Assembly: GCA_963809485.1 (NCBI GenBank)
Contig: CAWEJX010000021.1
Coordinates: forward strand, 50,894-114,893
DNA from: an uncultured Acidobacteriota bacterium
Lineage (GTDB): Bacteria; Acidobacteriota; UBA6911
DNA length: 64,000 bases
Reading direction: 5' to 3'
Made by a program: the position numbers and the translations under genes. Below are positions 36,553-46,624 of this stretch, in pieces. The notes beneath the pieces are model-generated. The model searched no databases and was not told where the DNA came from. It was given only the letters and a program-made list of their open reading frames with translations. Positions within the stretch are counted from its first letter, which is position 1. Each line of letters begins with the position of its first letter.

Positions 36553-37793
36553 AGATATGCATGATCACAAGTTTTTTTGGTCGGCATAGCTTCGGCGGCG
36601 ATTCGGTTTATATCGAACGGCTGAGCCGGGCGCTTTTACGCCGCGGCCATGAAGTGCGAGTCGTTTACAGTTCCGGCGCTTTCGAACTCGCGCGGGGTTC
36701 CCAGCCTCAGCGCAACTATGAGGCTCCGCCGGAACTCTTCATTCATGACATCGGGGCCGGGATCAGGGGCAAAATTGCCGCTTTATGGAATCATCAGACC
36801 GGCGGTTCGGGCTTGAGACTGCAGCCTCTGGGGGCCTGGCTGGAAAACCACTCATTCGACTTGATCCACCTGCACAATGTATCCCTGCTCGGAGGCAGGG
36901 CTTTGCCATCTATGCTGAAGCGGCAGGCGCAGGCGGTAAAATTCGTGACCGCACACGATTATTGGTGGATCTGCCCGCAGAACCTTTTATGGAAATATGG
37001 CCGCAGGGTTTGTGATGCCTGCGCCTGCAAATCCTGCGCTCTGATTTCCCGCCGCCCTCCTCAGCTGTGGCGCCGCCGGGAGTGGTTTAACCGGGCCCTG
37101 TCTCTCACCGACGCGGTTCTGTTCCCCAGCCGGCTTGCGATGGAGCTTTACCGAAGCCGCGGCCTCAGGCACCCGACACAGTATGTCCTGCCGGGGCTCC
37201 TGGCGAACGACTGGAGGGCGGCTCCTCATCCGGACGATGCGTCCACAGGCGGTCCAGACCGCCCGTATTTTACATGCGCCGGGCGCCTGGTCATGGAGAA
37301 AGGATTCCAGACCCTCATTCCCCTAATGCAGCAATTCCCGGATATGGATTTGCGCATTGCCGGAAGCGGACCGGCGGAGCGTGTACTGAAGCGGCTTGCG
37401 CGCTCCCTGCCCAATGTAAAATTCGAGGGTTTGCTGAACCATGATCAGCTTCGTCTGCTGTTTCTTCACGCCCGGGCCATCCTGGTGCCTTCACTGTTCC
37501 CCGAGACCTTCGGCCTGGTTGCCGCCGAGGCAATGAGTCTTGGCATTCCGGTGATCGCCCGAAACCGAGGTGCGCTGCCGGAACTCATTGCCGCTGCCTC
37601 GGGCGGATGGCTGTTCGACGGAGAGGATCAGCTTGGAGAACGGATGCGGCGCATTGCATCCGGCGGGGACTTCGCCGGCAGGCCAAGCCGGTTGGGATCT
37701 GCTCAAATACCATGCGTGTGGTTTGAAGAAGATCATACGGAAGCGTATCTCAGGCTATATGCGACGCTTCGCGGGGAGGCTGCAACGGCATGA
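36549..37793 (+). CDS. glycosyltransferase family 4 (GT-B fold)
   Basis: The N terminus has GGDSVYIERLSRAL. The C terminus has ETFGLVAAEAMSLGIPVIA, an E-x7-E type motif. Confidence 0.8.
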   Translation: MKICMITSFFGRHSFGGDSVYIERLSRALLRRGHEVRVVYSSGAFELARGSQPQRNYEAPPELFIHDIGAGIRGKIAALWNHQTGGSGLRLQPLGAWLENHSFDLIHLHNVSLLGGRALPSMLKRQAQAVKFVTAHDYWWICPQNLLWKYGRRVCDACACKSCALISRRPPQLWRRREWFNRALSLTDAVLFPSRLAMELYRSRGLRHPTQYVLPGLLANDWRAAPHPDDASTGGPDRPYFTCAGRLVMEKGFQTLIPLMQQFPDMDLRIAGSGPAERVLKRLARSLPNVKFEGLLNHDQLRLLFLHARAILVPSLFPETFGLVAAEAMSLGIPVIARNRGALPELIAAASGGWLFDGEDQLGERMRRIASGGDFAGRPSRLGSAQIPCVWFEEDHTEAYLRLYATLRGEAATA

Positions 37794-38704
37794 GCTTACG
37801 CGCCATCTATCTCAAGGCGCTTGGACGGATGCCGGTGCTGTGGCGCCGCCGGCTGGAGATGTTGCCGCTGCACGTTTTTCGGTCCCAGCATGAGCGTGAA
37901 TGCCGCCGTGCGTGGCGTTCGGGGCCTCCCTATCGCCCATCTCACAAGCGGATCCTGATTGACATTACTTTCGACTGCAACCTGGGATGTGTGGACTGCA
38001 ACCGCTCCGCCGGCCACAGCCAGGCGCCATCCCCCGATTACATGACGACGGACCAGATACACAGATTTGTGGCCGAAAGCCTGGCGCAGAACCGCCAATG
38101 GGAAGCAATTCAGATCGAAGGAGGAGAACCGACGCTCCATCCGCAGTTCGAAGAGATCATAGAAATTCTGGACCAATACCGGCGCCGGCATCTGGCCTCG
38201 GCGTGGATTCAAATCAATACCAACGGCTATCCAGGTCCCCGGCAAGGTCTGCTTTCACGCCTGCCGCCCGGAATCGATGTTTACTCCTCGAATAAGAAGG
38301 GGCCGCTGCAGGCGCTGCACTGCGCATTCAACGTTGCGCCCATAGATCTGCCGGAATATTCCGGAATGGACTACTCAGAGGGATGCTTCCAGCCGGCCCA
38401 ATACGGGCTGGGTCTGAACCGATACGGATATTACCCGCATCCGGCATGCGGCTGCATCGACCGCGTATTCGGTTTCGACATAGGGCGCAAAACACTCCCT
38501 TCGGTTCGGGATGATCTGCGCGATCAGTTCGCGCGGCTGTGCGGCTATTGCGGCTGTTTCCGCCGTTTCAGCCGCCGGGTCCGGCATGAATATGATCTGC
38601 ATCCAACGTCCGCGGAAATCGCATTTCGCGGGCAAATTTCCGACAGCTGGCGCGATGCGTACCGCCGCTACCGGGAGTTCCCGCCCCATCTCAGTTTGTA
38701 TTGA
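37790..38704 (+). CDS. radical SAM protein
   Basis: CNLGCVDCN is a CxxxCxxC motif. There are additional C-terminal cysteines (CGCIDRVF, CGYCGCF). An ATGA overlap joins it to the upstream GT4 gene. Confidence 0.75.
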   Translation: MSLRAIYLKALGRMPVLWRRRLEMLPLHVFRSQHERECRRAWRSGPPYRPSHKRILIDITFDCNLGCVDCNRSAGHSQAPSPDYMTTDQIHRFVAESLAQNRQWEAIQIEGGEPTLHPQFEEIIEILDQYRRRHLASAWIQINTNGYPGPRQGLLSRLPPGIDVYSSNKKGPLQALHCAFNVAPIDLPEYSGMDYSEGCFQPAQYGLGLNRYGYYPHPACGCIDRVFGFDIGRKTLPSVRDDLRDQFARLCGYCGCFRRFSRRVRHEYDLHPTSAEIAFRGQISDSWRDAYRRYREFPPHLSLY

Positions 38705-38839
38705 TTTTTCCGTATCCGCTGCGTCGCGATCATCCGTGCGAGGCTGTTCTGCCGATATGGGCAAAAGAGTCGCGGGCAGCCGGCTTGGATAAATTGCACC
38801 CGTGATATATTGGACTCCAAGCCCTCCTAAGGAACCTGA

Positions 38840-39097
38840 ATGGGGATGGAATTTTTGGGCGACAAAAATAGATTCTGCAAATGGTATTTGAAGCGCATCA
38901 CGGTAATTCTGGCTTTGTTTTTTGTGCTGGGACCCGTAGGGCTGCCGCTGCTTTACCGCAGCCCCCATTTTGGCAAGGCATCCAAAATAATCCTGACCGT
39001 TGCTGTAGTTGTTTATACAGCCTATCTTACCTACGCATCATGGGAGTTGATACGGTTGCTTTGGGACATAATCGGAACCCTGCAGCAACAGCCCTAA
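38840..39097 (+). CDS. small membrane protein (2 predicted TM segments)
   Basis: 85-aa ORF with hydrophobic segments ITVILALFFVLGPVGLPLL and IILTVAVVVYTAYLTY, and AAGGAA upstream. Confidence 0.4.
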   Translation: MGMEFLGDKNRFCKWYLKRITVILALFFVLGPVGLPLLYRSPHFGKASKIILTVAVVVYTAYLTYASWELIRLLWDIIGTLQQQP

Positions 39098-39155
39098 CCC
39101 AATGGGGGATCCACCGGCCGTGCCGGTGAAGCAGTATCAGTTTGACAGTCAGGCA

Positions 39156-39365
39156 CCTCCGGCAAAGCCGGAGGCTTGAACGATTGGAACCGCTCAAAGC
39201 GGTTGGAGGAGTTACGCTGGTCTTGAACGCTGACCTGGGCGGGCAAAAGCCGACTCTCGCCGAACAAATTGGTGTTTGTCAGCGCTTTTGTCAGCGTATC
39301 TCAGCGTTTCAAAATACGGAGCTGTCAAACTCTATGAGTCCCCGGGCAGAGCCGGGTTTACCAAT
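39156..39365 (+). repeat. ~200-bp repeat family, copy C
   Basis: Full-length short form ending in ...cgggcagagccgggtttaccaat. Confidence 0.85.
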
Positions 39366-39405
39366 AGAATTTCCGGAGCATGCCTTTTCCCCGGCAACCA
39401 AACCT

Positions 39406-39438
39406 GAATACCGAATTTCGAATGTCGAACCGCAGAAG
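39406..39438 (-). repeat. ~35-nt motif family (ttctgcggttcgacattcgaa.t.cg.tattc), copy 1
   Basis: The reverse complement, cttctgcggttcgacattcgaaattcggtattc, matches 45899..45939 and 62682..62722. Confidence 0.75.
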
Positions 39439-39705
39439 TTTAGGCCGGCCTTCGAAATTCATCATTTGTTATTCAATATTGTGCGGTTCCAATAGCTTTA
39501 AATATATCTATAGCCCATGAAACTTATTTAATTTCACATCGGTTGCAGTCAAACCCCTTTGAGGGGCCAGCAGGCATAAAGCCTCCGTCTCTGCCGAGCG
39601 ATATTTGCTCCGAAAACGGGTCGCACCGGGAGCGGCCGCCTGTCCTTTCAGTCCCTGAATAGCTCTTGACCCAATACCTTATTATCCATTATACTATGCA
39701 TTACC

Positions 39706-40110
39706 ATGTACCGAAACGAGGAAGTGGAGAATAAGGTTACTCAGCTGCGCAAAGGAATCCTGGAACTGGCGATTCTTTCGGCGCTCTATCGGGATACTCA
39801 TTACGGGTACTCGCTGGTGCGCAAGATGACTGAAGCCGGGACGCTCGAGATGAAGGAAGGAACCATATATCCAATTCTCTCCCGCCTGGCCAAAGAAGGA
39901 CTGGTACGCACCGAATGGGTGGAATCCAGGCAAGGCCCCCCGCGCAAATACTATTCTCTGACGGCAGCCGGCCGGGTCATGTGCGAAGGGCTTGCGGACG
40001 AATTCAGCCGCCTTGTGAAACTGGTACGGGCGGCAGGCCATGATAGGAGCTTTGAATCTGAACACGCATCCGACAAGAAAAACATAAATCCGAGGCAAGA
40101 CAATGAGTGA
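39706..40110 (+). CDS. PadR family transcriptional regulator
   Basis: LRKGILELAILSAL...YGYSLV...EGTIYPILSRLAKEGLV signature. TTGACC-N18-TATACT lies upstream. Confidence 0.85.
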   Translation: MYRNEEVENKVTQLRKGILELAILSALYRDTHYGYSLVRKMTEAGTLEMKEGTIYPILSRLAKEGLVRTEWVESRQGPPRKYYSLTAAGRVMCEGLADEFSRLVKLVRAAGHDRSFESEHASDKKNINPRQDNE

Positions 40111-40834
40111 CGAACTGCCGCCAACCGCAGCAAAAATTGCGGAGGATTATCTGGATCGCCTATCGGGCCGTTTGAGGGGCATGCCCCTGAATGACCGGCG
40201 CGAATTGCTGGATGAGATCCGATCGCATATCTACGATTCCTACATGAACGAAGGCGCAGGCGATGAAGTTGAGCGTATTCTCAGCGTCCTGAGGAGGTTT
40301 GGCGATCCGGCCGACATTCTTTCCAGCCGGATGCCGCAGGCAGTCGGGCGCCTGGGCAAAGGCAAAAAGGCGCCGCTGTATATCCTGGCCGGATTTCTGA
40401 TAGCGCTGTTCGGAGTTCCTCTGGGGCTGGGGGCCATCGCGCTGCTGATGGGATTAATGACCGCCCTTCTGGCACTGTTGATAGCATTCTACGGGGCCGG
40501 GGTATCGCTGGTGGTCAGCGGATTCTTCGCATTTGTGATCTGTCTCATCGCCGCCACATCGCCGGAGCTTTTAACCCTCATCAACAATGTTGCGGGTACG
40601 GAGATCGTAAGTTTCGGGCCATTTGCGCATGATCCGCAATTGGCCGGTATTCTGGGCCTGATAGCTTCCCTGCTTGTGGTAGGGCTGGGATTGCTGATGC
40701 TATGGTCGGGGAAATATATCTGGCGCGGATTCCGCTTTGTCGGCCTTCTCATCCTCCAGAACATAAAAAAAGCATTCGAGCGCCTGGTCCAATCAAGACC
40801 GAAGCATGCCGGAATGAACTCCGGGCTCCCCTGA
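40103..40834 (+). CDS. DUF1700/HAAS-like membrane protein (PadR partner)
   Basis: Overlaps the padR stop. YLDRLSGRLRGMPLNDRRELLDEIRSHI is followed by multiple TM segments. Confidence 0.6.
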   Translation: MSDELPPTAAKIAEDYLDRLSGRLRGMPLNDRRELLDEIRSHIYDSYMNEGAGDEVERILSVLRRFGDPADILSSRMPQAVGRLGKGKKAPLYILAGFLIALFGVPLGLGAIALLMGLMTALLALLIAFYGAGVSLVVSGFFAFVICLIAATSPELLTLINNVAGTEIVSFGPFAHDPQLAGILGLIASLLVVGLGLLMLWSGKYIWRGFRFVGLLILQNIKKAFERLVQSRPKHAGMNSGLP

Positions 40835-40875
40835 CTTGATTTCGCGATCAGCGAATATCCGGTTATAGCTTAATC

Positions 40876-40897
40876 GGACGGGTCTGGAGACCCGTCC
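40876..40897. terminator. perfect 9-bp GC-rich hairpin between convergent genes
   Basis: ggacgggtc-tgga-gacccgtcc. There is no clear U-tract on either strand, so intrinsic-terminator function is uncertain. Confidence 0.4.
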
Positions 40898-41044
40898 TCA
40901 CGAAAATAAACTCAACTCCGGATTGCGCGGCTTCACGATACGCTGCCATCAACAAGATCTGCTCGTCGAGGAAAGCCGCCGGGATGCCGAGCCAATCCAT
41001 CGGGTTTGCCTTTTCGGCAACCCGTTCCGGAAAACGGACCGGAT

Positions 41045-41824
41045 TTATTGCTTCTTCTTCCCTTTCGGCGGTTCGCTGTACGGTTGGTAGCTCGCGTCCG
41101 CCCGATCGATGTCCTCCTTCGATAGTTCGTGCGCCGAATCAAGAAAATCACTCAGCCGCGCGGCCCAGCCGTCAAAGGCTTCCTTCGCCGCAGCAGATTT
41201 TTCCTCACGGGAGAAATTCTCCGATCCCACCACCGCGCCCGCGCCCAGGTTGTGCTGGTCTACCGCCGCAGCGATTTGTTCGCCTGTTACCGAATCTACC
41301 ATCTCCATTTCAACACCCACTTTGCCTATATCGACTGCGCGCTCAAGCGCATCGCCTCCGGCATTGCCGCCGGCTGTTTCGCCGGCCACATCGACACCAA
41401 TGAGCGCTGTGCGCAGCCGCAGAACCAGCGGTCCTGGTTCCTGAACGACCGGGAAACGATCGCTGATCACCTTGGTAATGGCATGTTGAAAGTATGCAGC
41501 GACTGCCTTGCGTCCCCGGTCCGGCATCTTGGAGGGATCGGCGTTCGAGGCAAGGTAGAGTTCCACGGGTTCGATAATCACCGCGAAATACTGGTGAATA
41601 TTCTGCGTATCATCCTGTTTCACGTACGACAGAGTATTTTCAAAAGCCGGATTCGGCTTGAGATTATCGTAATTGCTCAGGAATCCTGCGAACTTCGCGC
41701 CCGGCTCAAGCTTCTTCACCGCTGCCGGCTCCGGCTTCCTGGCACACCCTGCGATCATTCCCAAAAGCAGCAGGATCAGGCTTCCCAGCACGAGGCTTTC
41801 GATCTTGGTTCGCTTTTTTAGCAT
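41045..41824 (-). CDS. lipoprotein (DUF3313-like)
   Basis: Lipobox LLLGMIAGC. The family call is from memory. Confidence 0.55.
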   Translation of the reverse strand: MLKKRTKIESLVLGSLILLLLGMIAGCARKPEPAAVKKLEPGAKFAGFLSNYDNLKPNPAFENTLSYVKQDDTQNIHQYFAVIIEPVELYLASNADPSKMPDRGRKAVAAYFQHAITKVISDRFPVVQEPGPLVLRLRTALIGVDVAGETAGGNAGGDALERAVDIGKVGVEMEMVDSVTGEQIAAAVDQHNLGAGAVVGSENFSREEKSAAAKEAFDGWAARLSDFLDSAHELSKEDIDRADASYQPYSEPPKGKKKQ

Positions 41825-41881
41825 GATACCTCCTAAATAATAACCTTAACACCCGAATGCATCAGGCTTGGCGGATTCAGC

Positions 41882-42724
41882 CTATTTCTCAGTCGAGCTT
41901 TGCACACGCAAAAGATTGATGACCTTGAATACGCCTCGCACGGAATTGGTTTGGATATAGGCCATGTCGGAATCAGCCTTGTTTATCACCGTGCCCAGCA
42001 GGACCACCTGGCCATTTTTCACAATAATTCTTATATCCGAACCTGTTCTCCAAAAATATTTGGAAAGTTGTCGCTGCAAGGCTGCCCTGGTTGCCGCGCG
42101 GATTTCCATGTCAAATCGGCCCACGGGCAGCACCTCGACGTTGTTGATGACCGTTTCCACACCGGGGACGCGTTTCACCATGTTGTAGGCATCGTTTCGA
42201 TTGCTTGGCCTCACGGTCCAGCCGGTCAGAATCACATCAACTCCCGATAGGCTGAAAGAGACGAAATCGTAGGTGGTGATATAGGGCATCATCGCCAATT
42301 CGTGGCGGACCTTTTCCCAGGTTTGGGGGTCCGCCTTTGTCCGGCTGTCCTCATCCAGCAGCCTGCGGTCCGGATCACCCGCCGGAATGGAAGCAGCCTC
42401 TATCGCTTTTACGTTTTCGAGCTTCATGCTTCCAGACTTGGCCTTAATCTCCCCCGACGCCTCAGCAAGTTGGCCCACAAGCGGTCTGAGCAGTTTCTGC
42501 TTGTTCACTCCAAAGACCATATTGTTATTCAGCTGGACCAGGACCAAATCAGCATCTTCCTTGCTTGTGCGTTGACTGCATTCGATGCGGGAGGGCGTGA
42601 TGGAACCGATCATGAGACGAGCGCACGGGTCCGTATCCACGTATGCCCGGAAGGTCGATATCTCCTCCGCCCAGACTACACATTGACACCAAAAGACAAC
42701 TGTCATTATCAGCGCAATTTTCAT
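41882..42724 (-). CDS. BON domain-containing secreted protein
   Basis: ORF 41882..42775; the start MKIALIMTVVFW is at 42724. There are two BON-like segments (AYNMVKRVPGVETVINNVEV and AYIQTNSVRGVFKVINLLRV). Confidence 0.7.
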   Translation of the reverse strand: MKIALIMTVVFWCQCVVWAEEISTFRAYVDTDPCARLMIGSITPSRIECSQRTSKEDADLVLVQLNNNMVFGVNKQKLLRPLVGQLAEASGEIKAKSGSMKLENVKAIEAASIPAGDPDRRLLDEDSRTKADPQTWEKVRHELAMMPYITTYDFVSFSLSGVDVILTGWTVRPSNRNDAYNMVKRVPGVETVINNVEVLPVGRFDMEIRAATRAALQRQLSKYFWRTGSDIRIIVKNGQVVLLGTVINKADSDMAYIQTNSVRGVFKVINLLRVQSSTEK

Positions 42725-43037
42725 TGTCAGCTCTCCTTTTGCGGTTCGCCTCTCAGCGGAGTGTCCCAACGGCATCCAATGCGGCCGGCCACTTACGGCT
42801 AGAGAACAAAGAATGCGATCCGCATGATCTCTTCAGCGTTCAATGTCGCACTTCAGTGGTTCAAACGCCTATTTCCACACGTTACATCATCAGTAGAATC
42901 GAAAAGAAGCTGTAAGAATTGACAGGCCCCTCGAATAAGGGGATGGGCCGAGCACTCCCCCGATTTTATGTGCCTGGAATAATGCCAATCCGCCAGAAAA
43001 ACCGGGAATTACGTGGCCTGGGCCCCTATTTTCTTCA

Positions 43038-44144
43038 TCAGGGGACAAGCGTCGCAGTAAAGGTTATGTTTTCCCAAATATAGTCTATTTTGGGTGCCGC
43101 CGCAGCCATGGTCCCCGTAAACACTGATTGTCCTAAAGTAAATGCTCCGGTGGATCTGACATACCAGAACCATTCACCATCGTCATCCGTGATCGAGCCA
43201 CTGTTAGCATGCAAATGCAGCTCCCCATCGGCAATCTGCCCGGAAATGGCAAACAAAGACCACTCAAATTCTCCGAACTCCCTCCATTCCAGGTACCCCT
43301 TCACAAAAAAGCCTTCGGTCGACAGAACCATATAGCGAGCTTCATCAAGCGTGCCGCTCGTCAAGTCAACCAGATAAGTCCGGGTTGTTGAATCAAGCGG
43401 GAGGGAAGCAAACTGCGAGCCGGTTTGTATCAATGCCACGCCGCTGACGGGAACATCCGATTCGATATCGACACGGCCCCGGCCAAGTGTCACGTCAGTG
43501 AAGATTTCACGCAGATACCGCGCAAGATGCTCCCTGTTTTGGAGAGTCTTGGGTTGCTCAGTGCGCACCTGAGCTCCTCCCGCATTATATAGCCTGAACT
43601 TGAGATGGGCCGTTCTGCCCCTGGCATCTGTGTTGGCGAATGCAAAGCTCACCGAGTTGAAATCCTCAAAGGGGATGGTTGTGACCAGGAATTGATTTGA
43701 TGGGAGCACCCCAATGCTGTCCGTTATCGTTGCACCGTTTTTGACAAACCAGGTCAAATTGCCTTCAATTAAATTGTCCATATCTGTGTCATCGGCTACT
43801 GCCATGACATACCCAATCTCGGTTACATCGGAAGGCGAGGTGATTTTATAGGTTGCAGTTGTTTTGGAGTCGATCGAGACTGCGAGGGATCCCCCGCTCA
43901 GTTGAATGCCGTTGACATAGGGATTCCAGGCCGAACCCACCCCCCCATAAAAATGGAAAACTCCCTGCCATTGCTGGGCGCCCGGGTTTGTGACCGTTAT
44001 CTGTGTTTCCCATATACCGCCCGCTGCGAGTTGCGCAAAAACCAGGTCTTTAAAGGGAAGATGGTTGGGTTGGCTGATCTGCCCAAAGGCAACCCCCGCA
44101 CATAGTAGAATTGCGGGGATCCATGCGATTGTCACTTTTCTCAT
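43038..44144 (-). CDS. secreted hypothetical protein
   Basis: ORF 43038..44291. The start MRKVTIAWIPAILLCAGVAFGQ at 44144 has a GGAGG RBS. No family recognised. Confidence 0.55.
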   Translation of the reverse strand: MRKVTIAWIPAILLCAGVAFGQISQPNHLPFKDLVFAQLAAGGIWETQITVTNPGAQQWQGVFHFYGGVGSAWNPYVNGIQLSGGSLAVSIDSKTTATYKITSPSDVTEIGYVMAVADDTDMDNLIEGNLTWFVKNGATITDSIGVLPSNQFLVTTIPFEDFNSVSFAFANTDARGRTAHLKFRLYNAGGAQVRTEQPKTLQNREHLARYLREIFTDVTLGRGRVDIESDVPVSGVALIQTGSQFASLPLDSTTRTYLVDLTSGTLDEARYMVLSTEGFFVKGYLEWREFGEFEWSLFAISGQIADGELHLHANSGSITDDDGEWFWYVRSTGAFTLGQSVFTGTMAAAAPKIDYIWENITFTATLVP

Positions 44145-44498
44145 GTGAACCTCCGATGCAAAAATTCCGCCTGTGAAAGGCATCAAGAAAAAGTTTTGTG
44201 ATTCCCGGAAAACTCTCCCAGCCGGCCGATTCTCCCTTTTAATCAGGAGTAGTTCTGTTAAAGCAAGGCGCATGGACTGCGAGTCTCGCAATCTGCCTTT
44301 TTCGGAACCAGTCGGAAATATTTAATTTGGCCGACATTATAGAACAGAGGAAGGGGATAGGCTACGCAATTCCTCAATCCAAATGCTTGGGATTATGCCC
44401 ATCTTTCCGGGAAAGCAGGGTTCTTCCGGCGAAGCCGGATGCTTTACAGTTGCCGGCCCCTTAAAGGGACTTGATCGCAACCGATGAAAAGTCAGGTG

Positions 44499-44696
44499 CC
44501 TCCGGCAAAGCAGGAGGCTTGAAAGATTTGAACCGCTCAAAGCGGTTGGAGGAGTTACGCCGGTCTTGAACGCTGACTTACGCGGGCAAAAGCCGACTCT
44601 CGCCGAACAAATCGGCGTTTGTCAGCGCTTTTATCAGCGCTTCTCAGCGTTTAAAATACGGAGCTGTCAAACTCTTTGAGTCCCCCGGCAGAGCCG
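44499..44696 (+). repeat. ~200-bp repeat family, copy D
   Basis: Full-length short form, very close to the consensus of copies B and C. Confidence 0.85.
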
Positions 44697-44751
44697 CCAT
44701 ATCTCCCATTGGATTGGGAATCATGCAGCCTGTTCCCCTGTTGCCGTCGCC

Positions 44752-45177
44752 TTATGGATCAGGCAGCATATCGTCCTCGGATGCGAGTCTTTCCATTGCG
44801 GCCTTCCAGTCCTCGGCGCATACCTTCAGCTGTACGCTTGGAGGGAGCCCTTCAGCCGGCGGCGTGTCTTCCTGGAAGATCCAGGCCTTCAGGCCCTCTC
44901 CCTCAAGAATCAGACGATCGGCTTCGGCATCGAGATGGCTGACATATTCGGCAATCGTGATCAGGTCCAAACCTGCGGTTTCGCTGATAGCACTCTCCGG
45001 GCCCACGGTATATTGCAGGTCCTTGCCCGAGGAAATGCCGCGTTCACTGAGAATGGTCCCCACAATCTCAAAAACCTCCGGCTGCCACCGATTTTCATCG
45101 TGTTCCAAAAGGATGGAGATCAGTTCCTCGTTGCTCAGCCGTTCCATATGCTGCCGTATATCATTCACTTTGGTCAT
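44752..45177 (-). CDS. DUF2007-like protein
   Basis: ORF 44752..45513; the plausible start is MTKVNDIRQHMERLS at 45177. The C-terminal part (LDLITIAEYVSHLDAEADRLILEGEGLKAWI) looks DUF2007-like. Confidence 0.5.
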   Translation of the reverse strand: MTKVNDIRQHMERLSNEELISILLEHDENRWQPEVFEIVGTILSERGISSGKDLQYTVGPESAISETAGLDLITIAEYVSHLDAEADRLILEGEGLKAWIFQEDTPPAEGLPPSVQLKVCAEDWKAAMERLASEDDMLPDP

Positions 45178-45706
45178 CCTACCCCCCCTTCCCATGCAGC
45201 CGTCTTGTGCCGGCCTTTCGTATAGTGTACAACATGGTGCAATAATGCTGTGATGCACCCCAAATCCATATCTGGCAACAGGCCCACTGCGGGAATGGGG
45301 GGATTTGGGAGGACTTAGGAAGATTTCTCGGTGGATGTGCTCGATTGCATTGCCTGGATTCCTGACAATAACCAGCTTTATGTTTGGCGCCGGTGAGGAC
45401 ACCGGCGGGTTGATTATGTTGCCGGATTCCGGTTGCGCCGACTTGCAGGATGTTTCTATCCCGGCCTCGGCAATCGGCCTCCCCAGTTCAGGCGCCGTAG
45501 TCAAGACAGCCACGCTGGTATCAGCGACAGCCGCTCACAACGTCAACGGTGAGTTCTGCACCGTAATCGGGAGCTCTTAATCCGGCGAGTTTAACGAAAT
45601 CCGGCATGGGAACGGAAAATAAGGCTGATAGTTACACCTGCACTTCAAGGACCCAATGAGGATCTCCCGGTAACGGTTTACATTATGAATACACTGGTAC
45701 CTTCTC

Positions 45707-45875
45707 AGCTCTGCCGGGGGACTCACGGAGTTTGACAGTTCCAGGATCGTTGAACGCCGACGTACACTGACAAAACACTGACGAACGCTGATTCCTGAGG
45801 CAACGGCCGGCGGCTAGAGGCAGTGTAGCTCATCCAACCGCTTTGAGCAGAAAACAATCAAGTTTCCGGCTCTGT
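45707..45875 (-). repeat. ~200-bp repeat family, copy E (diverged)
   Basis: The reverse complement retains cctccgacagagccgg, ctcaaagcggttgga and ctgtcaaactccgtgagtcccccggcagagc, but the central part is diverged. Confidence 0.6.
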
Positions 45876-45898
45876 CGGAGGCAGTCGACTGTCGAAGT

Positions 45899-45939
45899 CT
45901 TCTGCGGTTCGACATTCGAAGTTCGATATTCAATATTTC
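45899..45939 (+). repeat. ~35-nt motif family, copy 2
   Basis: cttctgcggttcgacattcgaagttcgatattcaatatttc. Confidence 0.75.
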
Positions 45940-46040
45940 TTATCTTCCGCTTGCAGTCAGAACAGCGGGTAAAACGCGTGCTCCAGTACTTGCCAAACGG
46001 AAACGGCCACACCGGCAGAGCCCGGGGATCTCCCGATGGA

Positions 46041-46611
46041 TCAGTAGAGCTTAAAGAACAATGTCCTCCCGCGCCCGGTGGCGCCTCCTGTATCCGGATC
46101 GAATACCATCATGGGTTTACTGTCTTTGCGATCTACCGCAAACGCAACCCATCCTTCGACGGAACTAGCCCGGTTTGATCTTGCCGACCAAAGCAGGCTG
46201 GGGCACTGTTACCGATACCCTCGGGTATTCGGTCAAATCCGACGCCAGGGCGACCCACTGAAGCGGAGCGTCGCCGAGATCAAAGAGGAGGGTGTCGGTG
46301 ACGGCTCTCCCTTTAAAATCGAATTTGATGCGGGCCAGGATGTATTCAAAACCCTCGGCCGGCGCAGCGTTGCCCGCGCTGGCCGCTTTCAGCCGGTTCA
46401 TTGCTTCCGCGCCGCGAACCGCCTCAAGAACGGTGATGGTGATATCGTAAATGTTCGCATAGACGGACCCGAGTTCCACCATGGAACGCACGGGCGCGCC
46501 GATCGCGGCCGGGTTGGTCGATGAATTATCCTGCGCTATTGCGGGATGGAGAGATGCTGCAGCCATCGACAGCAATAGGGCGGTACAAAGCACAGCAGAT
46601 TTGTTTTTCAT
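46041..46611 (-). pseudogene. secreted DUF4352-like protein interrupted by one frameshift
   Basis: ORF 46165..46611 (MKNKSAVLCTALLL...) stops at TAG 46165. The +1 frame continues SSVEGWVAFAVDRKDSKPMMVFDPDTGGATGRGRTLFFKLY to 46041. The shift is at the run aaaccgggcta. Confidence 0.55.
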
Positions 46612-46624
46612 GCGATCTCTACTC

